This document shows, piece after piece, positions 31,860 through 41,009 of a stretch of 64,000 nt of DNA (its first letter is position 1; every line of letters begins with the position of its first letter). Origin of the DNA: an uncultured Acidobacteriaceae bacterium (lineage in GTDB: Bacteria > Acidobacteriota > Terriglobia > Terriglobales > Acidobacteriaceae). The stretch lies in NCBI GenBank assembly GCA_963720955.1, contig CAVRHK010000028.1, positions 48,333 through 112,332 on the forward strand, given 5' to 3'. Both the position numbers and the translations under genes were made by a program. Below the pieces are notes generated by a model. The model was not told the origin of the DNA. It ran no database searches and worked only from the letters and a program-made list of their open reading frames with translations.

Positions 31860-33983
31860 CTACGTTTCAGCAATGCTAACGGGCATGGCCTGAACACTCC
31901 TGCCAGTCACCTGAAAAACCGCGTTGGCAATCGCCGGAGCAATAACAATGATCGGCGTCTCACCCGCACCGGCAGAAGCGAGATCCAGGCGATTTATCAA
32001 ATGAATATTCAACTCAGGCATATCCTCAAATCGCGGCACGCGATATCTTCCGAAAGAGGCATTGAGTATCTTTCCATCCTCAAACTGCATCTCTTCACGC
32101 AAGGCCGCGCCCAACCCCATGATGATCGCTCCCTCAACCTGAGCATGCAAATTAGCGGGGTTAACAATCGCACCGCACTCGAATGCTTCACAAACATGGC
32201 GAACCTTGAGCCTCTTCTGAGTTCGATCCAACTCAACTTCGACACAAGCCGCCACAAACGAACCTTTTTCTGTCCCGCACGCCATGCCGATGCCAAGGTC
32301 TGGAGCTTTCGTCTTCGCCCGTTCCCGCCAATGAAACTCAGTAGCGGCTTTTTCAAGTACGGCGCGCAACCGGGGATTTTCCAGATGACCTAACCGGAAT
32401 TCGAGCGGGTCGGCCCCGGCAGCCGCGGCGAGTTCATCCATGAAGACTTCACGGGCAAAATTGTTAGCAGTGGCGGCCAATCCGCGATACGAACCATGGC
32501 GCAACGGCGGCTTGGACGGCAAATACTGGCAATGTGTTTTCCCAACAACATAAGGTGTTTCTATCGCATTCGGACCGGAGTTGATGTTAATGAAATGCCA
32601 AGTGGTGATTTTGCCCTGAGCATTGAGACTGGCTTCCGTATCAATGACCGCCGCAGGACGAAAATAAGCCCATGTAAACTCTTCTTCGCGCGTCCAGCGC
32701 AACGAGACGGGTTGGTTCGCAGCTCGGGCTAGACGGGCAGCCTCCACTGCATACTCTCCAGTATGTTTGCCCCCAAACGCGCCGCCAAAGTCGGGAATCA
32801 CAACACGCACTTGGTCCTCAGGTAAATGAAATGTGCGGGCTAGTTCGCTGCGTATTCCAAAAGGATTTTGCGAGCCCGTCCAGACGGTGAGCTTCCCCTC
32901 GCTCCACTCAGCCACCGCTGCCCTCGGTTCCAGAGGTGCGTGTTGAATGTAAGGGACGCGATACGTTTGGCGAATCGTCTTTCCCTTAGCAACTTCATCT
33001 GCAAAAGGATTTCGCGGCACGCCGCCCTCGACGTTTTTCCTGAGGTAATCGAAGAGATTCTTGCTCGAAGGTTGTGGCGGTGCGGCCTCCCACTTAGCCG
33101 CGCCGGAGATAGCCACCAGCGCAGCCTCCGCGCGGAAATTATTTGGCGCAGCTACACCGATAAAAGAATCATCCTGAACGACAGTCACATCCTTCATTGC
33201 CTTCACTGCAGCAAGATCAACGGAGGCCAGCTTCGCACCATAGGCTGGCGCGCGCAGAATCTTCCCATAGAGCATTCCAGGCCGAACGACGTCCGATGGA
33301 TATATGTGCGAGCCCGTGACGATGCTCCCCGCATTTGGACGGAGAACGGGCTTCCCGAGCACCTTCCACTCACTCACTGAGGCCAGCTGGATATCGGATG
33401 GAATGGTTTGCTGGAATAGCTTTGCGGACTCTGCATCGTTGGCGAGATCGGCATAAGTAAAAGAACGCCTGCCAGCCGCGTCGAAGACCTTGCCATCTCG
33501 CATCTTAAGTGTGGTTCGTTCAACGTTCCATTGCCCGCAGGCACAGTCGATCAGCAGATTTCTCGCAGCCGCCGCTCCTTGTCGGACTGCCGGAACAGTG
33601 CGTGGCGTGCTGCCGCTGCCTGCGGTCATGCCATCATCGGGAACCAGGTCAGTATCGGCCAATATCATATGCACCTGGCTAATGGGCACCCCTAATTCTT
33701 CCGCCGCTGCTTGCGCCAACTCCGCCCGTGCGCCTTGGCCCCCCTCAACCTTGCCCGCCATCACCGTAATCCTGCCATCTCTTCCGATGTGGATGCGCGC
33801 CGCCACATTGCGCGCCCCGCTGCCAAGAAAGCCTCCCTGGCTACGCCCCCCGCTCTCTTGAGTTAGCGCGGGATAAGAAATAGCAAGCAGCAGTCCAGCC
33901 CCCAGTCCTTTTACGAACGAGCGGCGACTCAGTCCAAAATCATAATCCGCGTACTCCAACAGCGCATTTGAGTAAGGCTTCAT
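31860..33983 (-). CDS. Tat-exported molybdopterin oxidoreductase large subunit (isoquinoline 1-oxidoreductase beta-like)
   Basis: SRRSFVK Tat motif; KVEGGQG, HAPLEP, GGAFGGK and AGAGETP. Confidence 0.9.
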   Translation of the reverse strand: MKPYSNALLEYADYDFGLSRRSFVKGLGAGLLLAISYPALTQESGGRSQGGFLGSGARNVAARIHIGRDGRITVMAGKVEGGQGARAELAQAAAEELGVPISQVHMILADTDLVPDDGMTAGSGSTPRTVPAVRQGAAAARNLLIDCACGQWNVERTTLKMRDGKVFDAAGRRSFTYADLANDAESAKLFQQTIPSDIQLASVSEWKVLGKPVLRPNAGSIVTGSHIYPSDVVRPGMLYGKILRAPAYGAKLASVDLAAVKAMKDVTVVQDDSFIGVAAPNNFRAEAALVAISGAAKWEAAPPQPSSKNLFDYLRKNVEGGVPRNPFADEVAKGKTIRQTYRVPYIQHAPLEPRAAVAEWSEGKLTVWTGSQNPFGIRSELARTFHLPEDQVRVVIPDFGGAFGGKHTGEYAVEAARLARAANQPVSLRWTREEEFTWAYFRPAAVIDTEASLNAQGKITTWHFININSGPNAIETPYVVGKTHCQYLPSKPPLRHGSYRGLAATANNFAREVFMDELAAAAGADPLEFRLGHLENPRLRAVLEKAATEFHWRERAKTKAPDLGIGMACGTEKGSFVAACVEVELDRTQKRLKVRHVCEAFECGAIVNPANLHAQVEGAIIMGLGAALREEMQFEDGKILNASFGRYRVPRFEDMPELNIHLINRLDLASAGAGETPIIVIAPAIANAVFQVTGRSVQAMPVSIAET

Positions 33984-34465
33984 ATGCGTGCCTTTTCCGC
34001 TTGTTCCGCGGCTAACGCCCGGCGAACTGCCTTCCGATACCCGGCATAGCTACAGCAACGACAGATATGTCTTTCAAGTTCCGAAAGAACCTCCGCTTCG
34101 GTGGCTTTGGGATTGTTCTTTATTACTGCTGTGACGCCCATGATCATGCCTGCTGTGCAATAACCACACTGGAACGCGGCTTCATCCAGAAATGCCTGTT
34201 GTACGGGATGCAGCTTGCCGTCAGTAGCCAGGCCTTCAATTGTCAGCACGCTCTGCTCGCGTACATCGCCCACAGGGGTAATGCAAGACGGTGTGCTCTG
34301 TCCATTGATCATCACCGTGCATGCGCGACATTGCCCTTCACCACAACCAAACTTCGACCCCGTCAATTGCAAATCTTCGCGCAATACTTCGAGCAATGGC
34401 CGATCGGGATCGGTGGTAATCGTGCGCGATCTCCCATTCAGCATGAAGCTAATCTCGGTGTCCAT
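33980..34465 (-). CDS. (2Fe-2S)-binding small subunit (IorA/CoxS-like)
   Basis: GCGEGQCRAC and QCGYC...CRC; start MDTEISF. Confidence 0.92.
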   Translation of the reverse strand: MDTEISFMLNGRSRTITTDPDRPLLEVLREDLQLTGSKFGCGEGQCRACTVMINGQSTPSCITPVGDVREQSVLTIEGLATDGKLHPVQQAFLDEAAFQCGYCTAGMIMGVTAVIKNNPKATEAEVLSELERHICRCCSYAGYRKAVRRALAAEQAEKARI

Positions 34466-34559
34466 AAACGACTCGCTAAGACTGCCTGGCGGTATACACA
34501 ATAACAATGAACTGTTCACGCAACCCAGTCAACGGGTTTGAGAACAAGGCAAGCAGATT

Positions 34560-34862
34560 TCACTCTCGTAGTTGGTAGAGAAATTCCGAGGGCTTCCTCA
34601 CCTCTCGCGTAAGAGCATTGTTCTTCTTTGCCTCCATCAAAAGCTTCGCCCGGAGTTTCCTTGGCATCCCGTAGAAAATTCCGTGCCGTTCCATGTTTTC
34701 GTATGCAGTCTGTTGCTCCTCCTCTCGGTTTCTTGCTGATTGCCGATCAATATAAGCAGCTAGAACATAAGCAGCTAGAACCGGCCTGTTTCCAAGCGAT
34801 GTGAGAGCGGGATTTCCGGATGCGCCACAACGCTCAACTCGTGTCCGTTTAACCCGCTGCAC
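34560..34862 (-). CDS. Small hypothetical protein (doubtful)
   Basis: ORF fills the gap between the iorA-like gene and the DGC; no recognisable motif. Confidence 0.3.
   Translation of the reverse strand: MQRVKRTRVERCGASGNPALTSLGNRPVLAAYVLAAYIDRQSARNREEEQQTAYENMERHGIFYGMPRKLRAKLLMEAKKNNALTREVRKPSEFLYQLRE
34752..34781. repeat. Perfect tandem 15-bp duplication ATAAGCAGCTAGAAC x2
   Basis: Read directly at 34752-34766 and 34767-34781. Confidence 0.9.
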
Positions 34863-34902
34863 CGCGTTATTGCACTTTGCACAAGATATGTGGCTCTCGT
34901 GG

Positions 34903-36090
34903 ATGGATAACAGAACGCTCTTCGCATGTCAGATTCTGCTGACGATGGTGTACTCGATCGCATTTCTGGGGATGAGGCGGATGTATCGTCATCTTCCTGG
35001 CACCGGGGCGTTCGCGCTGGGATTTTTTTCGGGCTTTCTGGGATGCATCGTGATTGTTCTACGAGGTGGCGTCCCGAATTCTGTTGCTGTCGTTGTGGAG
35101 CATTCCCTGATCTTCTCGGCATTTGTGCTGTTCTATCGCGGGATACTGCTTTTCTTTCGTAGTCCACGGACGACTCGTTTCCTTTCGATTATCTGCGTTG
35201 TCGCGCTTTTGCTGCTGACGTACCTCAGCGCAGTGGAGGACCGGGTCGCTCCGCGAATCGTCATCGTGTCGTTCGTGCTATTGGTTTCGCGCGGGCTGAT
35301 TGCGGTGGAGTTGTTCCGCCAAGCCAGACAGCGGTCGATCCTGAATGTCTTCGCGGTGCTGATGGCGGCCTACGCGTTATTTGGTGCAGTCCGGGCGATC
35401 GCGACTTTTCTGCATGGCCCTCCGTACGATTTCATGCAGACCAGCCGATTTCAGACGCCGTCGCTGGTCGTGAACCTTCTGTTCATCTGCATTATCGGAT
35501 TGTTCTTTCTGCTGATGCTGAGCAGTGAACTGGTCGCGATTGTTGAGGCGCAGTCCTTGTATGACCATGTCTCGGGTGCACTCAACAGGCGAGGAATTGA
35601 TCAGCGGCTTGCACTTGAGTTGGTTTGTGCGGAGCGAAACGGTTATGAGCTTGCTGTGGCGCTGATCGACATCGACCACTTCAAACAGATTAACGACACG
35701 GCGGGCCATGCTGCTGGGGATGCTGCGCTGAAGCAGGTTGTCGAGGTCATCTCCTCGCGGCTTCGCTCGTATGATTTTTTCGGGCGCTACGGAGGCGACG
35801 AGTTTTTGTTGGTGTTTTCGCAGACTTCCTACGAAGACGCGCTGCGAATTGCGGAACGAATAGAACATGCGGTGAGGGGGCTTACGGTTCCGAGATTCCC
35901 GTTTCCGATTACGCTGAGCATCGGGCTCACCTTTGCAAGGCCGTGCGAGACCGCGGTGTCGATGCTTGCGCGGGCGGACATAGCTCTCTACAACGCGAAA
36001 CGGGCTGGACGAAACTGCACCAGAGTGCTTCTGGCGTCTGTCGAAGCCGCTTCAGAGGACGGCGTGCATGTTCAAGTCGGTGAGACGTGA
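34903..36090 (+). CDS. Membrane-bound diguanylate cyclase
   Basis: Multi-TM N-terminus; DIDHFKQIND, I-site RSYD and active site RYGGDEF. Confidence 0.92.
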   Translation: MDNRTLFACQILLTMVYSIAFLGMRRMYRHLPGTGAFALGFFSGFLGCIVIVLRGGVPNSVAVVVEHSLIFSAFVLFYRGILLFFRSPRTTRFLSIICVVALLLLTYLSAVEDRVAPRIVIVSFVLLVSRGLIAVELFRQARQRSILNVFAVLMAAYALFGAVRAIATFLHGPPYDFMQTSRFQTPSLVVNLLFICIIGLFFLLMLSSELVAIVEAQSLYDHVSGALNRRGIDQRLALELVCAERNGYELAVALIDIDHFKQINDTAGHAAGDAALKQVVEVISSRLRSYDFFGRYGGDEFLLVFSQTSYEDALRIAERIEHAVRGLTVPRFPFPITLSIGLTFARPCETAVSMLARADIALYNAKRAGRNCTRVLLASVEAASEDGVHVQVGET

Positions 36091-36280
36091 TCGAGCGCGT
36101 TATCGACGTGGATTAGGGTAGAAGTACATAGGATCTTGCATCGGTATCGTGAAATCGGCTCCTCGGAAACTTACGGCGAGTTTGACCGTCTGATCACCGG
36201 AAAGCGGGTTTTCGGCAACTTTCGCGCCCGCGGCTTTGAGCGTATGGTCGGTAAGAAGGAAAGGCGGTCACGCATCGCAC

Positions 36281-36399
36281 GATGCCCACCTTAGCGACGA
36301 TGAGGCGGTCGCAAAGATGGGACACCCTAATTTGTGGCGATGTTGCTGTGCAAGCAACTTCCATCCCACCCTTCGCACAGCGCGAAGGATGGGGGCACC
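36281..36399. repeat. Two REP-like palindromic elements between convergent genes
   Basis: 36281-36327 GATGCCCACCTTAGCGAC...GTCGCAAAGATGGGACACCC and 36362-36399 CATCCCACCCTTCGC...GCGAAGGATGGGGGCACC share CCCACC...ATGGG..CACC arms. Confidence 0.7.
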
Positions 36400-36545
36400 G
36401 AGCTTTTTGTGGCTGTTCAAAAAGTCGAAAGTTGGCGTTGGGGACAAACTTTGGCCCCTTCGCTCATCGAGCTCGACTCATTCCGCCAGGTTTCGTTTTC
36501 TTCAATCTCCAGGCAAAAAATCTCACTGCCACAATCGATGCGGAT

Positions 36546-37361
36546 TTACTGTGTTCCTCCGCGCGTGGCAGCAACGCCAAGCACCATCTGCGTGCCGCCG
36601 TCCAAGTGGATATCTTGCTTGGCGCCGAGCAGGATGCTGGAAGCCTGAGCCATTCTGGGATCTTGTTGCCCCGGCGTATTGTTCGCCAGCAGCACGCCGG
36701 GAACCGACGTGGTAGCGATGGCTATGTTGCCGGTTCTGGCGACGACGGTCCCAGCTGCGGGGGCAGTGTTTTCTGCCGCAGCCCCGGAGCCTGCACTTGT
36801 GTTTTGCGGTACGCCACTTGCCGCGCTGCCGGCATTTGTACCACTTGTGCCGGGGTTAGAAGTTCCGCCCGCCGGAGGGCCGCTCATGGCGCCGGAAGGG
36901 CTGGCCGATGCCGCGCCGCCCGCTGGAGCGATCGACTGAATCTGCGATTGAATCGGCACGCTCTGACCGCCCTTTAGCTCGATGTGGTCAAACTGGAGCG
37001 CCACTTGGGAATTCTCGCCCGCCCCGCTCGCCTTCGCATCGAGCACGTGGCCCACCAGCTTTGACCCCTTGGGAATCTCGGTTCCGTCGGCAGTCTTTAC
37101 TGAAGCCTTGGTTTGGACTACCACGCTGTCGCCAGTCTTGGCGGTCTTTGAGTCAAGCTTGCTCACAAGTTCTCCGTTGACTGAACTCAATTCAACGGCG
37201 GGTGCTTCGGGACTAGCCTGACTGTTCGGCGAAGCCGTTTCGGCCGGAGGATTCTGTTGGATGGGTCTGTTCGGTTGGCTGGCGGGGGGTGGCTGCTGGG
37301 CCAGGAGCGGGAAGCTTGCTAAGGCGAATAGGGTAGTTACGAACATTGTGCCTGTTTTCAT
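36546..37361 (-). CDS. Secreted hypothetical protein (VirB10/TrbI-like beta module plus low-complexity linker)
   Basis: GGAGG RBS and signal peptide; LDSKTAKTGD.V, IPKGSKLVGHV and LQFD.I.L. Confidence 0.7.
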   Translation of the reverse strand: MKTGTMFVTTLFALASFPLLAQQPPPASQPNRPIQQNPPAETASPNSQASPEAPAVELSSVNGELVSKLDSKTAKTGDSVVVQTKASVKTADGTEIPKGSKLVGHVLDAKASGAGENSQVALQFDHIELKGGQSVPIQSQIQSIAPAGGAASASPSGAMSGPPAGGTSNPGTSGTNAGSAASGVPQNTSAGSGAAAENTAPAAGTVVARTGNIAIATTSVPGVLLANNTPGQQDPRMAQASSILLGAKQDIHLDGGTQMVLGVAATRGGTQ

Positions 37362-38304
37362 GAAATATCCTCCACTTATTCCCATGGTTCCGCATGCACA
37401 CGTTGGCGACGCGGCCACGAGGTTTCGAATGTTTTGCAACTGTCGTGCCAAACGAGGGACATCCGCGCAGATTCACCCAAAGCATTGACTTAAAGCTGAT
37501 TGAGGTTGGGCCGCGTGCGATGGGCTTAGCTCCAATCCGCGCCGCGCGCAATTATCTCCACAGATCGAGTAATTCTTCCCAATCGAAATTCCCATCTTGC
37601 CGACTGGCCCTCATGCCTCGCTTTTGAGATAAGAGATCGGAAGCCCTGGCCCGCGCCGCACAATCCTCGCGAAGGCAATTTCGCGCCAACTGAGATATTC
37701 AGGTGTTTAAGGGCTCTTCGCACTTCTGAATGTTCGCGATAGGTCGCAATCGATCAATAAAATAGAAAACTACTTCAATGCCCTTTGGAAGCCCCAGCCG
37801 CCGTTGTACTCTTTCATTGCGAATAAGTTCGTTGCCGCCCTTTTCAGGGCAGATAGGCGTTAGGTTGCTTTGCAAATCCATTGCGGATGTAGATCAGTTC
37901 GTACTTCTTCGTGGATTGCATGCGGAACGCGAGACCGACAAAGCCGGAACCGGGATGGGATGGCATCACGTCCGCTTCCATTGATCCATTTTGAATGCTG
38001 ACACCGTGAGCATCGCTATACCGCGTTGTTGATGGATTGACGGCCTGCCGAGGTGTTCCTCGAATGCGCCGGCCGTCGTCGCCTACGAATCATCAACAGT
38101 CCATGACTTGGCGTCCATCGAAACGGACACCGCATGGGCATGAGAGCACTACCTGCTGTCAACAAGATCGTTAGGTTACGAAAAACACCATAATCTCCAT
38201 ACCAGCCGAGCAAAATTTCTTTAATGTCAGACGGTCAAACCATCAAAACAGGGTGACCGCAGCGAATATCTCTTCGGTGACCAACGACAACTGGCGGAAA
38301 GGAG

Positions 38305-39774
38305 ATGCAGGCACGCGGCGATTTTTCATCTGATATGTTGTTAGGCGACAGTTTTGCGTTAGATTGGGAGGTCACGCCTGTGGTAGCACGAGATCTCATC
38401 GATCGGCTGACGGAACACAAAGCTCTGGGCGCAGCGCCAGCGACGGAGTTGGAGTGGCTAATAGCACATGGGGCCATTCGAAAGCTGAATACCGGAGAAG
38501 TGTTGAGCACAAAGGGCCGCCCGGTGGAGGCCCTTCATATCCTTCTTTCCGGCCGAACGGCTTTGTTCGTCGATCGTGGTGCCGGGCCGAGCAAGTTCGT
38601 TGAGTGGCGCGAGGGTGATGTTGGCGGCATGTTGCCGTATTCGCGGATGGTGACTCCGCCAGGAGATGTGATTGCCATGGAACCGGTGGAGATTCTCTCG
38701 ATTCCCTGCGCCCATTTCAGGGCGATGACGCGAGAATGTTTCGAGGTCACTTCGATCCTGGTCCATACGATGATTGACCGCGCCCGGCTGTTTACTTCAA
38801 GTGAATTGCAAAACGAAAAGATGATCTCGCTAGGTAAACTGTCGGCGGGTCTGGCTCACGAACTGAATAATCCAGCCTCCGCGATTGAGCGTTGCTCGGC
38901 GATGCTCGAGGATCGGCTTGAAGACTCAGAAGAGGCTACGCGCGATCTGGCAGCGGCGGCCCTGAGCGATGCGCAAATAGCCGCCGTAGATGCGGCTCGT
39001 ACGTCTTGTATGGCGAAACAGAATCAGGGGGTGCGGTCACCTCTGGAACAGTGCGATCGCGAAGAGGCAATTGCAGAGTGGCTTGCCACGCACGGCCTAG
39101 ATACGACGAGCGCACAGATGCTTGCCGACACCGAGGTGACATTCGAGGCGCTGGACCTGCTTGCTGCTGCGGTGGAGCCGCCCGCATTGAACGCGGTGGT
39201 GCGGTGGACAGCCGCAGGTTGTGCTGTGCGAAACCTGACTTCGAGGATTCAGGATTCTGCGATGCGCATCTCGGGTCTCGTGACTGCGGTTAAGGGATTT
39301 ACGCACATGGACCAGGCGAACGTAGCCGAGCCAGTAGATCTGGGGCTGGGCTTGGGCAACACTGTAGCCGTGCTTAAGTCGAAGGCCCATGAGAAGTCGG
39401 TGGCCGTGACGTTGGAACTGGAGGCTGGACTTCCCAGGGTGCGCGGTTTTGCCGGCGAATTGAACCAGGTATGGGGAAACCTGATCGACAATGCCCTGGA
39501 CGCCGTGGCGAATGGAGGCCGGGTGGAGGTGCTTGCGATACGCGAGAACCAAAGTGTTGTAGTGCGAATCGTCGATGACGGGCCCGGCATTCCGGCGGAT
39601 GTTCGCGATCGCATCTTCGATCCATTCTTTACGACCAAACCCCTGGGACACGGGACCGGACTCGGGCTCGACATTGCCCGGCGTCTGGTGCGCCATAATG
39701 ACGGCAGGATTGACTTCGAATCACAGCGGGGCCGGACGGAGTTTCGAGTCACGCTGCCGATCGCGATAATCTAG
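38305..39774 (+). CDS. Cytoplasmic histidine kinase with N-terminal cyclic-nucleotide-binding-like domain
   Basis: AGLAHELNNP (H-box), NLIDNA, DDGPGI, FDPFFTTK and GTGLGL; CAP-like N-domain. Confidence 0.9.
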   Translation: MQARGDFSSDMLLGDSFALDWEVTPVVARDLIDRLTEHKALGAAPATELEWLIAHGAIRKLNTGEVLSTKGRPVEALHILLSGRTALFVDRGAGPSKFVEWREGDVGGMLPYSRMVTPPGDVIAMEPVEILSIPCAHFRAMTRECFEVTSILVHTMIDRARLFTSSELQNEKMISLGKLSAGLAHELNNPASAIERCSAMLEDRLEDSEEATRDLAAAALSDAQIAAVDAARTSCMAKQNQGVRSPLEQCDREEAIAEWLATHGLDTTSAQMLADTEVTFEALDLLAAAVEPPALNAVVRWTAAGCAVRNLTSRIQDSAMRISGLVTAVKGFTHMDQANVAEPVDLGLGLGNTVAVLKSKAHEKSVAVTLELEAGLPRVRGFAGELNQVWGNLIDNALDAVANGGRVEVLAIRENQSVVVRIVDDGPGIPADVRDRIFDPFFTTKPLGHGTGLGLDIARRLVRHNDGRIDFESQRGRTEFRVTLPIAII

Positions 39775-39876
39775 TTCTCCGCCCCAACCGATCTACTTCC
39801 CGCAGAGGTCGATGGAGGTTGGCCAATGGAAGAGGTATCGATTGAAGCGGATGCTGGAAACTGAGAGGAGCCCACT

Positions 39877-40362
39877 ATGGTCACGCAATTTTTTGTCACC
39901 GTTACCGGAGCGAAACAGGGAGATTTCAAAGGTGAGTCTAACCAGAAGGGCCACGAAGGCAAGATTCCAGGAGTGGCGTTCGGCTATGGCGTTCTTTCTC
40001 CGCGTGACGCCACTAGCGGCCTCCCCACCGGAAAGCGGGAGCATCAGCCTGTCGTCTTCAGTAAAGAGTGGGGCGCCTCGTCCCCGCAGTTCTATCAGGC
40101 AATTTATACGAACGAGAGTCTGCCCACGGTTCTCTTCGAGTTCTTCGTTGCAAATATTTCGGGAGCGCAGGTTCTGCACCACACGGTGAAGCTAACCAAC
40201 GCATCGATCTCCGCGGTCCGGGAGACACTGCCCGATAATCAACCCGCAGGTTCCGTCGATCCCCGTGACTTGCAGGAGATCTCGTTCACCTTCCAGAAGA
40301 TTGAAATCGTCAGTGTCTCAGGTGGGACCCAAACTGCCGATGACTGGGAGACGAGAGTCTAA
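39877..40362 (+). CDS. hcp: Type VI secretion tube protein Hcp (TssD)
   Basis: GAKQGDFKGES, SPRD..SGLPTGKREH.P, SSPQFYQA, LTNASIS and EISFTFQKIE; GAGGAG RBS. Confidence 0.92.
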   Translation: MVTQFFVTVTGAKQGDFKGESNQKGHEGKIPGVAFGYGVLSPRDATSGLPTGKREHQPVVFSKEWGASSPQFYQAIYTNESLPTVLFEFFVANISGAQVLHHTVKLTNASISAVRETLPDNQPAGSVDPRDLQEISFTFQKIEIVSVSGGTQTADDWETRV

Positions 40363-40446
40363 GGCTTGCTACGTAGTTTAAGGTATTGGAGGGCGATTGT
40401 GGTCGCCAGGCGTTTCGTGTGGGCTGTGCCACGACATTGTTGTGCA

Positions 40447-40730
40447 CAATAGCGAAGGGGCGATTTCTCTTTCGAGATCTCGCCCCATGCTTTCCGATTT
40501 TTCGAAGACCCGGTACGGTGCCCAGATCACAGCTACTCGCAACTTCGGAATTATTCGGAACTACGAGCGGAGCCCGCGTTCTCCGTACTTTCCCGTTATC
40601 ACATTCACTGTAAGAGCTTTCTTGTGCCATGCCGAAGCAGCCAGTTTCCCGAGTGCTTCGTGAGTTCCGTTGCCGGCTCTCGTGACGGCCCTTGTCTACT
40701 CTCTCCTACTGGAAGATTTCTCCTCCGTTG
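40447..40730 (-). ncRNA. Putative ~285-nt structured ncRNA, copy 1
   Basis: Minus-strand GNRA hairpins, G-U wobbles and a 3' GC-rich hairpin; upstream TATCTT -10-like box; no conserved ORF. Confidence 0.65.
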
Positions 40731-40897
40731 AATTGAAAGATACTCGCGATCTACATAAAAAACATCGGTTTTGAGAGCTAATTTTTTGTGCAAATCCAGC
40801 CAACATTGTGGAAATTTGGGGTCTGATCGGTCGATTGATCTTTCACTTCGGGATCATTCGGTGGCTAACTTATGCAGCGCTCGAGTTTAGAAGATGA
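40447..40897. repeat. ~450-bp non-coding direct repeat, copy 1
   Basis: Aligns end to end with 43448-43898, with long identical blocks (e.g. CTACGAGCGGAGCCCGCGTTCTCCGTACTTTCCCGT). Confidence 0.95.
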
Positions 40898-41009
40898 CAC
40901 AGCTTTTTCGGGCGAGAGAGTGTTCGGTCAGGTTGATTCGCTCGGCGCGATGGCCCACCGATGTGATGAGATTGCAGGATTGTGGTGTACCCGACAAAGG
41001 TGAAGAAAC

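Noticed and set aside
37451-38304. Possible gene or RNA in the long gap before the histidine kinase
   Set aside because: Only short, stop-interrupted protein-like stretches; no convincing motif or structure.
40786-40806. Sigma54 promoter (TGGC...TTGCA on the minus strand) upstream of the putative ncRNA
   Set aside because: Only 8 nt separate GG and GC in both copies; sigma54 requires 10.
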